Part shown: piece after piece, positions 17,546 to 27,759 of the stretch
Layout: each line of letters opens with the position of its first letter
How positions within the stretch are numbered: position 1 is the stretch's first letter
Virus record (IMG/VR): IMGVR_UViG_3300045988_172855
Length of the DNA: 64,000 bases
DNA from: a virus
Reading direction: 5' to 3' (one strand)
Position numbers and translations under genes: made by a program
Notes under the pieces: model-generated
The model's database searches: none
Told to the model about the DNA's origin: nothing
The model's input: only the letters and a program-made list of their open reading frames with translations

Positions 17546-19486
17546 TCAGCAGAGGAATTTCTCTTTGAACTCCGTGGCTGTAAAGATCGGAATTCCTAGA
17601 CTCTCTGCCTTCAATTCCTTTGTCGAATTGCTTCCCTTTTCTTTTACCACCACGCACGTTGTTTTCTTACTCACCGAAGATCCTATCTTATGACCCATTT
17701 CAGTAAGTTTTCTCTCCCAATCTTTATTTCTGAATCCGGTAAAAACAATTGTCATCTGACCATCAAACGATTTCTCTTCAAGACCGTAATATGTAATAGG
17801 AATTGTAAACAAATCTGATGTCCATGACATCCACCAATCCATAATCCCCATGATGAAAGCGTAAGCTGTATTAAAACCCACTCCTTCTACACATCCTTCA
17901 ATCTCAGATGCCCAATTCTCATTACACTCCTTGGCAAAAGAAGATATGTCTTCGTAAGTATATAGTTTCAATCCATTGAGAATCTTTTGACACGTTTTCT
18001 CAGCTATAACTCCTTTAAAAAAATTATAAGCTGTCATCATTTTTGCAAAATTAGTACCTTTCTTTCTCAGCTCTTCAAATTGTTTCGAAAGTACTTTTGC
18101 CGCAACATTACCAAGACCTTCAATGTTTTTGAGTTCATTTTCATTCAATCTAATAATGGATGTAGGATCTTTATATCCTGCATTAAAAATCTTCTTGATA
18201 GTTGGTTCTCGAAACTCTTTAAAGTCAAGTATAGAGAAAAAATAAACACATCTAGATAATAATACGCCTTCACATTGCGAATTCGTACACATCAAGTCTA
18301 CATTATTCGAATCCCACACTAATTCTTTACCACATATTGGACAAACTGTAGGAGTCTTTGAATATGTATTTGTATACGAAACTGTTTTAAGATGTTTTGG
18401 AATAACGTCTCCTGAACGACATATCACTACTCTTGCTCCCGGAACAATATTGTTCTCAACGATATAACGAGCATTATATGCAGTACATTTTGATACAGTC
18501 GCGCCACACAATTCAATCGGTTCAATCTCAACAACAGGAGCTAATCTTCCGTCCTTAGAAATTTGCCAACGAACCTCTTTTACAACAGTTTCTTCTCTTT
18601 CTGACCATTCAGGATTTTTATAAGCAATAGCATATCTAGGATTATTATTCGCAAGTCGTCCTAATTCTCTTCTTTTCTTTGCATTGTTTACATCAATCAC
18701 AAGACCGTCACATTTATAACCTTTTGTCAATTTTTCAAATAAACTATTCATAAGATTGACAAAACCGTCTTCGTCTTCAAGTGATTTTACTGTAATTGTT
18801 GAGAAATTAACTCTACTTTGTTCGCAACTACACTCGTTTAAAATTTCGAGTTGCTTCTTCTTATCCCAATCCTCATTGTCACATCCATATCTTACATAAT
18901 TAACGTATTTTACAAACTCACTAACATTTGGTGAGTTGAGAAGACCTGCAACAGCATTTCTTGCAGATTTATATCCTGCTTCATCTTTGATTTTCAAAAA
19001 ATCTGCTGTTTTAAAAATCGCTTCACCGAATGAGAAAATCGGAAGTTCGTTGTCAAGAGATTGTGTATAAATTGCATTGTTTATACATTTTTCAAAATGT
19101 TCAGTACAATTTTGTCCAAATTCTCCATCACCACGAGTCCAAGCATTTCCAACTGTCTCTAATACACATAATGAAATCCCGTCATATTTAGGTGTAACAA
19201 TCAATTCATCTGTAGATTTTAAATCAATAGATTTGATCCATCTCAAAATCTCTTCGTGCGACTTCACCTTCTCAAGTGAGAACATAGGAATCGGAAGTTT
19301 CTCCTTTCTATCTTCAGACACTTTGTCTTGTACACCTTTCTTAAACCATTCAGAATCCGGATTTAATTCTTGTAATTGATCAACAAGTTGATCAAATTCT
19401 TGATCCGTTACTAATGGATTACCTTTTCGATACGCATCATTATATCTACGTATCAAACATTCTAATTCTAAAACTTCTTTATCCAT
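17546..19486 (-). CDS. ligA: NAD-dependent DNA ligase
   Basis: Has the KxDG adenylation motif (TPKYDGISL), an OB domain, a Cys4 zinc finger (CPICGKELV...C..C), an HhH region, and a C-terminal BRCT-like IVFTGF. Length is 646 aa. Confidence 0.85.
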   Translation of the reverse strand: MDKEVLELECLIRRYNDAYRKGNPLVTDQEFDQLVDQLQELNPDSEWFKKGVQDKVSEDRKEKLPIPMFSLEKVKSHEEILRWIKSIDLKSTDELIVTPKYDGISLCVLETVGNAWTRGDGEFGQNCTEHFEKCINNAIYTQSLDNELPIFSFGEAIFKTADFLKIKDEAGYKSARNAVAGLLNSPNVSEFVKYVNYVRYGCDNEDWDKKKQLEILNECSCEQSRVNFSTITVKSLEDEDGFVNLMNSLFEKLTKGYKCDGLVIDVNNAKKRRELGRLANNNPRYAIAYKNPEWSEREETVVKEVRWQISKDGRLAPVVEIEPIELCGATVSKCTAYNARYIVENNIVPGARVVICRSGDVIPKHLKTVSYTNTYSKTPTVCPICGKELVWDSNNVDLMCTNSQCEGVLLSRCVYFFSILDFKEFREPTIKKIFNAGYKDPTSIIRLNENELKNIEGLGNVAAKVLSKQFEELRKKGTNFAKMMTAYNFFKGVIAEKTCQKILNGLKLYTYEDISSFAKECNENWASEIEGCVEGVGFNTAYAFIMGIMDWWMSWTSDLFTIPITYYGLEEKSFDGQMTIVFTGFRNKDWERKLTEMGHKIGSSVSKKTTCVVVKEKGSNSTKELKAESLGIPIFTATEFKEKFLC

Positions 19487-19487
19487 A

Positions 19488-19595
19488 TCATTTCATTATT
19501 TGAGACAATTCTGCTTTTGAATTTTCTTTGATGGGATTTGTGATATTCTTTACGATAAAATCACGATCTGAATTTGTTAATTTTTGACTTGCCAT
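19488..19595 (-). CDS. small hypothetical peptide (35 aa), speculative
   Basis: Hand translation: MASQKLTNSDRDFIVKNITNPIKENSKAELSQIMK*. Its stop is 1 nt from the ligA ATG. Confidence 0.3.
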   Translation of the reverse strand: MASQKLTNSDRDFIVKNITNPIKENSKAELSQIMK

Positions 19596-19606
19596 AATTA
19601 TATGTA

Positions 19607-19927
19607 TTAATAAACATTTTCTTTATTCGAAATCATCCATATATAATTCTCATGTCCAAATTTGAAATCCTTTTTTGGTCTACTTTGAACACGATCTTCA
19701 AGAGTTATAGGATTTAATTCTGCCATCTGAAATGGTAAATGAATTGAAAAATCTGTAATATCTTGAGCTCCTCGAACTTCGTTAAAGAAAACATCTCTCA
19801 CTTTAGGTGAGAAGCTCTCGACAATATAAGCTCTCAAGTCTCCAAAAAAATCTATAACGATTACTTGCTTCTGTGTCGCAGCAACAAGTGTCCATAGATT
19901 GTCTAATGCTTTTTGACTTATTTCCAT
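19607..19927 (-). CDS. hypothetical protein
   Basis: 106-aa ORF, first gene after the promoter box at 19941..19977. Confidence 0.55.
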   Translation of the reverse strand: MEISQKALDNLWTLVAATQKQVIVIDFFGDLRAYIVESFSPKVRDVFFNEVRGAQDITDFSIHLPFQMAELNPITLEDRVQSRPKKDFKFGHENYIWMISNKENVY

Positions 19928-19940
19928 CTCTTTTATTTTT

Positions 19941-19977
19941 GTTGTAAAGATACTATTTTATTATGTCAATTGCAACT
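19941..19977 (-). promoter_or_regulatory. promoter box
   Basis: Minus strand reads GTTGcaattgacataataaaatagTATCTTTACaac. The ATG lies about 15 nt downstream. Confidence 0.5.
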
Positions 19978-20309
19978 TAATCGAGACCAAAAAATTGTTT
20001 AGTTACTTGTTCTCGCTTATGTTTGATGACCTCTGAAATATTTTCCTTTTTTAAATTATCTCGATAACGCTTTTTAAGCATACTTGCTTTATCTTCATTA
20101 CTCTTTGAATTAAACGAAGTAAAACTAACATTTATACCATTTCCTTTTCGCAATTCTTCTCTATAAGACATCTCTTTTCCACATATAGGACATCTTGGTA
20201 TATTAGAGAGAACTGTTTCACCATTCTCATACTTAAATTCTGCTTTAACTAGAATATCTTCTTTAGCATGATTTGAACATGCTTCGTTATTACACCATAC
20301 GTATATCAT
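19977..20309 (-). CDS. zinc-ribbon hypothetical protein
   Basis: Paired C..C..H and CPICGKEM motifs. 110 aa. Confidence 0.55.
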   Translation of the reverse strand: MIYVWCNNEACSNHAKEDILVKAEFKYENGETVLSNIPRCPICGKEMSYREELRKGNGINVSFTSFNSKSNEDKASMLKKRYRDNLKKENISEVIKHKREQVTKQFFGLD

Positions 20310-20312
20310 ATC

Positions 20313-20801
20313 TTATAAATTTTTTCTACGACCATATTCTGCAATTAACAACGAATCTGCAAAATTATCGTCTTCATTTTTACATCTTTCTGTTCTTCTT
20401 AAATCTACAGTTGGAAATAACTTGTGACAAGCCATAAAACTCATTACCTTTTTATCGTCATTCTTAGCAATACCTTGGTGCATCACCTTTTGCCATGTTT
20501 TAGGTGCAACCTTTGTATATGGTAATCCTAATGTTGATAAAGTACCTTCTATCACTCCTACGATCCAACCGAAATTAAAATTTGATTTCGCAGATGAACC
20601 AAAAATCGAATGTACGTCCTCGAGTACAACATGACACCTTCCTTCGTAAATGCTCAAGTCGAATAAGTTTTGACTTATTTCAACAACGTCAACGACTTTT
20701 GAATTTTTCAATAAAGGGAAAGATTTAATCACTTTCCCATCTACGTTTACAATCGATACAAATCCTTTTTGACCAGGATCGATCCCTATATACACTTTCA
20801 T
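20313..20801 (-). CDS. ruvC: RuvC-like Holliday junction resolvase
   Basis: N-terminal IGIDPGQKG, central VLEDV, and C-terminal DNFADSLLIAEYG. These are the acidic catalytic positions of the RuvC fold. Confidence 0.7.
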   Translation of the reverse strand: MKVYIGIDPGQKGFVSIVNVDGKVIKSFPLLKNSKVVDVVEISQNLFDLSIYEGRCHVVLEDVHSIFGSSAKSNFNFGWIVGVIEGTLSTLGLPYTKVAPKTWQKVMHQGIAKNDDKKVMSFMACHKLFPTVDLRRTERCKNEDDNFADSLLIAEYGRRKNL

Positions 20802-22804
20802 TCTTCTAGTCTACTTATTCCGTTTTCTTTTATAATTCGAATTTGACTTATCTCTTCATTAATTTTAGGTACATGCGTAACAATTATAGACGATTGTTTC
20901 AAAAATTTAATTGAAGAGATGATGTTTTCAATTCCCAACGAGTCAGCACTCTCAAGTATTTCGTCAACTAACAAAAATTGCATTCCACCATATTGCTTCG
21001 TCGCATTGATCATTTGTTGGATTGCTAATATTAATGCAATTTCTGTTCTCGCCTGTTCTCCTCCTGAGTAATAGAAAAAAGACTCCATCTCATCGCGAAA
21101 TACATAAGGAGTTATTTCTTCTTTAACTTTTCCTTTTGCATCAACTTTAAAACCTTCAATCATTAATCTAAGATCACTTCCCATTGATTTAAGTATCTCG
21201 TTAGCACGAGATTGGATATTTTTTAATTGCTCCATAGCGAGATACATTTTAAAATCTTTAAATCGTTGTGTCCACCTTTGAATTTTAAAGATTTCATCAT
21301 TTTTGTTTGTAATCTTCTTACATTGATCATCAATAAGATGTTCGGTTTCTTTGATGGTGTTTTCAATCTCATCAGTACTTTTCTTTACCACCTTAGTGTT
21401 TTTCAGATCCTTAATGTAAGCTAATTTCAAAGAAATTAAATTCTCACCATTTTCAATCTCATTTTGCAGTGTCTTTACAAGATTTTCTTTTGATTTTATC
21501 TGTTGATCTAAACCTCCTATATTGTGTTCGAGTTCAAGGATCTTCTTTTTCAAACTTCTCTGTTGATTTGCAACTTCATCAAACTCTTTATCAGTCTGAG
21601 ATTTCAAAGACATATATTCATCTAAAACGGAATCAAGCTCTTCAATTGATTTTTCTGCAATCTTCTTTTCTTCAGACTCTTTATTTAACTCAATTTCAGC
21701 AGCTTCCTTTTGTTTTTTAATCTCTTGAACCGTTTTATCTGTTTTAAGAAAAAACTCGTGTTGACAATTAGGGCAAACTATAATTCCCGAAAGTAAAACT
21801 TCTATTTTATTAAGAGTTCTCTTAATGTCAACAATTCTATTTTGAATAACATTTAGAGAGTTCTCTTTAGTCCGCTTTTCTTGTCTACACACATCTACAT
21901 CTTCGTCAATTTCTTTGTAAATTGTATCAAAATTAGAAGTATCTATGTTCGAGAGTTCCTCTGAAACCTTTGTACGTAATTTTTCCAATTCACTTAAAGA
22001 ATGCTTTAAACCTAAAGCAGATTGTTGCTCTTTTGAAATACGAAGTTCGTTTGATTCAATAGCCTTTTTAACATCTTCAATGTAATCTTCAGCTTTTTTG
22101 ATTTCTTGAAGCTGCTCCTCTTCAGGATTACTATCAAGAATTTCTTGAAGCTGTTCCTGATATACCGAAAGTTTCCCTTCATAAGACGCTTTTGATCGAT
22201 CCAATGCCTGTTTTTCTTCGTTTAAAACCAAAACCTTATCATCTATAATGGATTTTGTTTTATCTAACATAGAGAAGTTTATAAACCGACTTATTAAAGC
22301 TAACTTTTCTGTGTTAGATGATCTAAAAAACGAATTATAATTACCTTTTGAGACAATATAATATGACTTTGCATCTTCGGCCGAAATTTCAACCCAATTA
22401 GCAATATATCTATTACCATCGAGAACTGTTGCAAATTGAACTTTCTCGATCTCAATCTCATCACCGTCATGGATCAAATATATTGCTAACACAGAAGATC
22501 CTTTTGCTCTTAGCTCTCTTTCGATTTTTAGAGTTTGTCTGCGAATTGGACAATAAATAAACACGCAGATATATGCCGTATCAAATCCCTTGCGTATTAA
22601 CTTCTTATCTTGTTTATCACGAAGATTTACTCCATAAATTCCGTAAAATAATCCTTGTTCTAAGAACGATTTACCTGATCCATTTGACAACTGATCGTCT
22701 TGAGTACGATTTTCACCAATGACAGCGATCGCCTCTTGTTGAAAATCGTACTCAATAGATTCAAATGGACCGAAATTTTTCAATACTATTCTTGTTGGGT
22801 ACAT
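20798..22804 (-). CDS. sbcC: SbcC/Rad50-like ATPase
   Basis: Walker A is NGSGKS. A long coiled coil carries a CPNC zinc hook. The signature motif is YSGGEQ and Walker B is LLVDEILE. Confidence 0.85.
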   Translation of the reverse strand: MYPTRIVLKNFGPFESIEYDFQQEAIAVIGENRTQDDQLSNGSGKSFLEQGLFYGIYGVNLRDKQDKKLIRKGFDTAYICVFIYCPIRRQTLKIERELRAKGSSVLAIYLIHDGDEIEIEKVQFATVLDGNRYIANWVEISAEDAKSYYIVSKGNYNSFFRSSNTEKLALISRFINFSMLDKTKSIIDDKVLVLNEEKQALDRSKASYEGKLSVYQEQLQEILDSNPEEEQLQEIKKAEDYIEDVKKAIESNELRISKEQQSALGLKHSLSELEKLRTKVSEELSNIDTSNFDTIYKEIDEDVDVCRQEKRTKENSLNVIQNRIVDIKRTLNKIEVLLSGIIVCPNCQHEFFLKTDKTVQEIKKQKEAAEIELNKESEEKKIAEKSIEELDSVLDEYMSLKSQTDKEFDEVANQQRSLKKKILELEHNIGGLDQQIKSKENLVKTLQNEIENGENLISLKLAYIKDLKNTKVVKKSTDEIENTIKETEHLIDDQCKKITNKNDEIFKIQRWTQRFKDFKMYLAMEQLKNIQSRANEILKSMGSDLRLMIEGFKVDAKGKVKEEITPYVFRDEMESFFYYSGGEQARTEIALILAIQQMINATKQYGGMQFLLVDEILESADSLGIENIISSIKFLKQSSIIVTHVPKINEEISQIRIIKENGISRLEE

Positions 22805-23772
22805 AACTCTTTCTTTACGGTTTCATATATTTCATTAAATAACTCTTGATCCTCAATAAGCGATTCGCGAACAGAATCCATACCTTGACCTAATTTATAA
22901 TCGTCTCCATAATAAAACCACGAACCTCTTTTTTGACAGATACCTAATTTTACAGCTAACTCAACTGCTTCTTGAATTGTATCGAATCCTATTCCGAAAC
23001 GCAACATCACTTCACAGTTTCTAAATGGAGGAGCTATTTTATTTTTAACAACTTTGATTTTTGTTTTATTTGCAACAGCAATGTCACCATCTTTATCCGT
23101 TCCGATTCGAGCAAATTCAACTCTTTGCGTTGAATAGAATTTCAATGCCTTGCCTCCAGGTGTCATTGTTGTTGCTCCTCCAAAACCAAAACCTCCACCA
23201 ACCTTATCTCTTAATTGGTTAATACAGAATAGTATATTATTGTTCTTTTTACATACATTTTTCAAGATACTTAATTGAGCTGACAATAGTCGAGCAACAA
23301 GTGCTACCTTTGCATCACCACTTTCTCCTTGTAGAGTTGCTTGTGGTACAAGACCTGCAACAGAATCAAGAACAACTAAACCTATTTCAGGACACATTAA
23401 CATTTCGCGAATAATTTCCATCGCTTCTTCTGCTGAGTTTGGCTGCGATAAAATCCAATTATCATTAGAAATATCTACACCAAGTTTTCTCGCATAATCC
23501 AAATCTAATGCCTGTTCAACATCAACATATCCTACAGCTTTCTTCTGTGTTTTTTGTACAGATGCACAAAGATGTAATGCACACGTACTCTTTCCACTAC
23601 TTTCATTCCCAAAACACTCATGAATTCGGCCTAAAGCCCATCCTCCACCAAGAACATTATCTAACGCTAGAGATCCTGACGATACAGTCTCGACTTCTAC
23701 ATTAGTTCCCACAATCGCTTCTTTTCCAAATCTCTTTTCAATTCTACCGAATAAATCGTCCAATCTACCCAT
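22786..23772 (-). CDS. recA: RecA recombinase (bacterial type)
   Basis: Collinear with E. coli RecA. Matching segments are SGSLALDNVLGGG, GNESSGKST, VVLDSVAGLVP, GGKALKFY and VVKNKIAPPF. Confidence 0.9.
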   Translation of the reverse strand: MGRLDDLFGRIEKRFGKEAIVGTNVEVETVSSGSLALDNVLGGGWALGRIHECFGNESSGKSTCALHLCASVQKTQKKAVGYVDVEQALDLDYARKLGVDISNDNWILSQPNSAEEAMEIIREMLMCPEIGLVVLDSVAGLVPQATLQGESGDAKVALVARLLSAQLSILKNVCKKNNNILFCINQLRDKVGGGFGFGGATTMTPGGKALKFYSTQRVEFARIGTDKDGDIAVANKTKIKVVKNKIAPPFRNCEVMLRFGIGFDTIQEAVELAVKLGICQKRGSWFYYGDDYKLGQGMDSVRESLIEDQELFNEIYETVKKELCTQQE

Positions 23773-24806
23773 TATAATACTTGCTTTAAAATGTTATAAC
23801 CTTCTTCGTAATTGTAATCGTTTTCTTTGCACCAATCTTTAAATTTAACAGCAATATCACTATTAGAGAGAGCTTTCACTTCTTCAGCAACTTCAATTTC
23901 TGCAACTTCAAGTTCCTTTGCCTTCAATTTAACATCAATACCAAGTTCTTGATAAACCTTCTTATCGATTGATTTTAATTGATCTTGACTACCAACTATT
24001 TCGACACGAACATAATCATCGGGATTATTTTCTTTCAGTGCTTTAATAACCTTATCTACTTGTTTGAAAGTCATTTCATCTAAGTTCACGACCTCCTTTT
24101 TATATCTCTTACCATCAGAAGGTATTAAATTATACGAAAGATCTTCGTATAATATCCAAAATCCCTTTCTGTCATCCTCACCAAAATTATTTTGAGTAAT
24201 AGATCCCAAATGGATAACGTTTTTAGTCAACTCTTGATGATCATGATAATGACCAAGAAATACTTTACCCCAATCTTTAAATAGAGAAGGTTTAATTTCA
24301 CTTTCCACTTTAGAACCATCGTTGTTTCTACTACCTTGCATTGCAATATGAGAAAACAGTACACTATGACCTGGCCTTTCAATTGATTGATTAGAGATTT
24401 CATCTAACCATATTTCGTTATCAAAAAACGGTAAAAAATAACAGTGTACACCATTTACTTCACGAAAATCAAACATATCGATAAGATCAAAATTCGGATG
24501 ATATTTATATACATCGAGAAAAGATTTTTCGCTATCGTAACTTGTTTTATCGTGATTACCTGGAATACAGATTATTTTTTGTCCTTCTTCTTCATACATC
24601 TCAATTATTTCAGTCAAAGCATCGAGCGTTTCTTGTCTTTGACTAATACGCGAATCAAATATATCGCCGAGCCATATATGAGTATCGATACCCATATCTT
24701 TAGCTATCCATATCTCTTGACGAGTCAATTCTTTAATGTCTTCAAGGTTAGAAGGTTTAAGATGCCAATCGGTACTCATTACCGCTATAGGTTTTATTTC
24801 TGCCAT
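23772..24806 (-). CDS. sbcD: SbcD/Mre11-like nuclease
   Basis: Calcineurin-like phosphoesterase motifs: DWHL, LGDIFD, GNHD and GHYH. Confidence 0.85.
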   Translation of the reverse strand: MAEIKPIAVMSTDWHLKPSNLEDIKELTRQEIWIAKDMGIDTHIWLGDIFDSRISQRQETLDALTEIIEMYEEEGQKIICIPGNHDKTSYDSEKSFLDVYKYHPNFDLIDMFDFREVNGVHCYFLPFFDNEIWLDEISNQSIERPGHSVLFSHIAMQGSRNNDGSKVESEIKPSLFKDWGKVFLGHYHDHQELTKNVIHLGSITQNNFGEDDRKGFWILYEDLSYNLIPSDGKRYKKEVVNLDEMTFKQVDKVIKALKENNPDDYVRVEIVGSQDQLKSIDKKVYQELGIDVKLKAKELEVAEIEVAEEVKALSNSDIAVKFKDWCKENDYNYEEGYNILKQVL

Positions 24807-25426
24807 AAATTATAAGTTAAAGTTGCTCCTACAAATAAATCGATTTTTTTAGAAAACATTCCGTAACCAACACCAATAGAAGGTCCAATAGAAAATCTAG
24901 GTTTTTTCTGTCTTTCGTTCCAGGTAATTACGTTTTCAATCTTTCCAGGAAGGTACGAATTTATTTCCAAACGATTATTATCACCAACTTGTTGACGGGT
25001 TATAGTAAATTCATTTGTAAGATTAAATATAAGTTTATATTTCCACAAATGAGAAGACCATATTTTAAGATCATATCCTATTGTATCGGTTTGAATGTTA
25101 AAATGATAGAGAGAGTCTTTTTCAATTTGTTTGTCAATAACTTCTTCCTTACCTTCGTATTTATATTTATATTCAAATCGAATCGCTTCAACCAAAGCCT
25201 CCTTATCTTTCAGTTGCTTATAAAGCTCCTCATTCTTCTTTTTCAATTCAGAAAATTTAGACGAAGGATATAATTTGGTATATCGATTCAAAGAATCTGT
25301 ATAAAATTCAATCTCATTTTGCAATGCTTTAATATCTCGATCCTTTTTGTTCGATCTGATATTAAAAAACAACAAACCAACGAATAATCCGACTATCAAA
25401 ATAATAAAAATCCACTTATCTTTCAT
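24794..25426 (-). CDS. membrane-anchored hypothetical protein (start moved to the ATG at 25426)
   Basis: The track GTG start would read through a perfect palindrome. MKDKWIFIILIVGLFVGLLFF gives an N-terminal TM helix. Confidence 0.55.
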   Translation of the reverse strand: MKDKWIFIILIVGLFVGLLFFNIRSNKKDRDIKALQNEIEFYTDSLNRYTKLYPSSKFSELKKKNEELYKQLKDKEALVEAIRFEYKYKYEGKEEVIDKQIEKDSLYHFNIQTDTIGYDLKIWSSHLWKYKLIFNLTNEFTITRQQVGDNNRLEINSYLPGKIENVITWNERQKKPRFSIGPSIGVGYGMFSKKIDLFVGATLTYNLWQK

Positions 25427-25441
25427 ATAAATCGAATTTAT

Positions 25442-25461
25442 GGGGAAGAAATTTCTTCCCC
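25442..25461 (-). terminator. perfect 20-nt palindrome (hairpin) after the SSB-like gene
   Basis: ggggaagaaatttcttcccc, lying between the stop at 25471 and the ATG at 25426. Confidence 0.45.
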
Positions 25462-25470
25462 ATGATTTTA

Positions 25471-26844
25471 TCACTTCTTACCTCTCTCAGCACGCAATCT
25501 TGCTAATTTATCTTTAACAGATTCAGAAACAGCTCTAGATGCCTTTGTTGCTGCTTTTTCTACAGGCGACTCATCTGCAGCGGCGGCTTCTTGTGAATCA
25601 CCCTCATCAAAAGGGAGGTCTTCAACAACTTTTTCTTTATAGTCGTCAAACGGAAGCATCATCCCTTGTTTCATCAAATCGTACCACTTACGCATTTCTA
25701 CGATAGGTAGATCAGGTAATACTTCAGTTCCTTCGTATTCTGTTTCGATATATTGTTTCAATTCCGCCTTCATTTTGATCAATGGAGGATAACCTGAAGT
25801 TGTTGATTTTGAAGCTGTTTGTGTTGGCTTTGCAGAAGGTTCGCGTTTGACAGAAACTCTAACTTCGTCCTCTTGCTCATCTTCTTCATCATCATTAGAA
25901 GAAACTGTAGTTTTCTTAACGTCTTCAACTTCCGGAACAAGTGCTTCCAATTGTTCCAAACGATCTAAAAATTCATCGTTTTCAAAAACATCAAAACCAT
26001 ACTTTTCATCAATTCTTTTAAGACCTTCAAGCTGCATATCCCAATCCTTGCGCGAAAAGACGTCTACATATTGATCTTCTAATGAAGGTAATTGATCTAA
26101 TACTTCAAGAACTGAATCAGGCACTCTATTAGATTCGAAAAACTCATCCCAAGTCTCACCTACTTCAGGCAAACCACAAGAAAGATCGTAAACATTTTTC
26201 TTCTTTTCATCCTTGTAATAGTTGATAATCAACGGATACCCTGTTTCGTGATCAGAAAATACGTCCAAACTCACTGCCTTCTTTGATCTCTCAATAGAGA
26301 TTGACTTCATAGCCTTCCACCATTGAGGACGAATATCCATGCGGTGAATTTCCTTGTCATATAAAACATAAGCTACGTAATTCAATGTAGGAGCTATTCC
26401 CCATACCCATTCACCGTTTGTTTTACGAAATCCAGTAATAGGAGCTCTAAATTTCTTACGCTCATCAGAATCCTGAATTTCTGCAGCCATTTTATCTATA
26501 TATTCAATATATATCGCAACAGCATCTTGACCTTGCATTCGATCACTGTGTACATCTGATGTAAAGACGTCTTTCATTCGAATCTCTTTTTTACCAGTAT
26601 CTTTACCATCTTTGTCAAAAACAGTACACTCGATAGGTAATTTTGCACACTTGCGAGGAATATACGGTCTTTGAGTTTCAGAAGGTAAAATTCGAATCTC
26701 ATAACGACCTTCTTTTGCAAGGGATAAAAAACTTGCTCGACCGCCTTGTTTGCCGAACTGACTCATTGTTTCTTGAGCTTTATTCAAGTTTTCATCTACT
26801 TCTTCAATGTTAGCTTTTTTAAATTTCGAACGATCAAATGCCAT
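25471..26844 (-). CDS. single-stranded DNA-binding protein candidate (T4 gp32-like)
   Basis: Basic N-terminus (FDRSKFKK). GRYEIRILPSE resembles gp32 AVIRFLPSK. The C-terminal tail is long and acidic. It sits in the replication module. Confidence 0.5.
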   Translation of the reverse strand: MAFDRSKFKKANIEEVDENLNKAQETMSQFGKQGGRASFLSLAKEGRYEIRILPSETQRPYIPRKCAKLPIECTVFDKDGKDTGKKEIRMKDVFTSDVHSDRMQGQDAVAIYIEYIDKMAAEIQDSDERKKFRAPITGFRKTNGEWVWGIAPTLNYVAYVLYDKEIHRMDIRPQWWKAMKSISIERSKKAVSLDVFSDHETGYPLIINYYKDEKKKNVYDLSCGLPEVGETWDEFFESNRVPDSVLEVLDQLPSLEDQYVDVFSRKDWDMQLEGLKRIDEKYGFDVFENDEFLDRLEQLEALVPEVEDVKKTTVSSNDDEEDEQEDEVRVSVKREPSAKPTQTASKSTTSGYPPLIKMKAELKQYIETEYEGTEVLPDLPIVEMRKWYDLMKQGMMLPFDDYKEKVVEDLPFDEGDSQEAAAADESPVEKAATKASRAVSESVKDKLARLRAERGKK

Positions 26845-26848
26845 AATT

Positions 26849-27136
26849 TTAATTTTTTAATTTGTTAATAATTTTATTTACTACTTCGTTACTGATTTCT
26901 TTATACTGATTAATATACTCTTGAAATGTTTTAAAATCTTCCTCTTTTTCAAAAATTTCAAAGTCTGCAATCTTTTTAGAAAGATGTTCAAGCGAAAGAC
27001 CATAAGCAATTGCAGTTTCAACTCTCACATTCTCCTTTCCTCCTCGATTACCGTAAGAGACTTTAATCAAATCCCAATTAAAGGGTGCATGTAAACATTG
27101 TTCTATGAAAAATGTTTCAGTTAATTTTATCCTCAT
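26849..27136 (-). CDS. hypothetical protein
   Basis: 95-aa ORF coupled to its neighbours. Confidence 0.55.
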   Translation of the reverse strand: MRIKLTETFFIEQCLHAPFNWDLIKVSYGNRGGKENVRVETAIAYGLSLEHLSKKIADFEIFEKEEDFKTFQEYINQYKEISNEVVNKIINKLKN

Positions 27137-27663
27137 TGTTTCGGTTTATGTATTATAAATGAATTAATTTTGCCTTCAACCAATTCTTGAAAAAATTCCT
27201 TTGGTACAACTTTAGGGAGTAAATTATTCAACTTTTGATCTTTACTTCTGATTGCCCAAAATAAAGAATCGAGTTTATCTCTCTTAGATTCAAGTTCAAT
27301 CTGATCTAGTACCGCTTTTTGATACTCCTCATTCAAAAGAATGATTTCATCAAGACCTTTTTCTGTCAACTTTACAGCTTCACCATCAACAGAAACTTGT
27401 CCGTGATTTTTCAGAGCTTCTCTACGATACTTTTTCTTTAATTGAGATACAAAAACGTCACAATAAAGTTTAGCTTCTTTAGCTTTTCGCTCATACTCAG
27501 CTTTCCACATTCCAACCTTATTTAGCAAAGCTGAAATCGTTACAGCTTCACCATATAAGTTTGAATAGTTAATCGTTGTTACTTCATCTAATTCAATATC
27601 TTCATCTGCATCAGGTGAATGTAAAACGATTGTTTTATCTCCTTCTTCTACTATGATATTCAT
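27133..27663 (-). CDS. hypothetical coiled-coil protein
   Basis: 176-aa ORF, first gene after the promoter box at 27683..27722. Confidence 0.55.
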   Translation of the reverse strand: MNIIVEEGDKTIVLHSPDADEDIELDEVTTINYSNLYGEAVTISALLNKVGMWKAEYERKAKEAKLYCDVFVSQLKKKYRREALKNHGQVSVDGEAVKLTEKGLDEIILLNEEYQKAVLDQIELESKRDKLDSLFWAIRSKDQKLNNLLPKVVPKEFFQELVEGKINSFIIHKPKQ

Positions 27664-27682
27664 ATCTATCTTTGTTTTATAT

Positions 27683-27722
27683 AGGTAAAATTACTGTTTA
27701 TTTTAGTTTAATCCAACAAACT
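27683..27722 (-). promoter_or_regulatory. promoter box
   Basis: Minus strand reads TTTGTTGgattaaactaaaataaacagTAATTTTACc, with 20 nt between TTG and TA. Confidence 0.5.
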
Positions 27723-27759
27723 TTTCTTGAATGAGTCATTGTTTGTTTTGAATTTTTCA

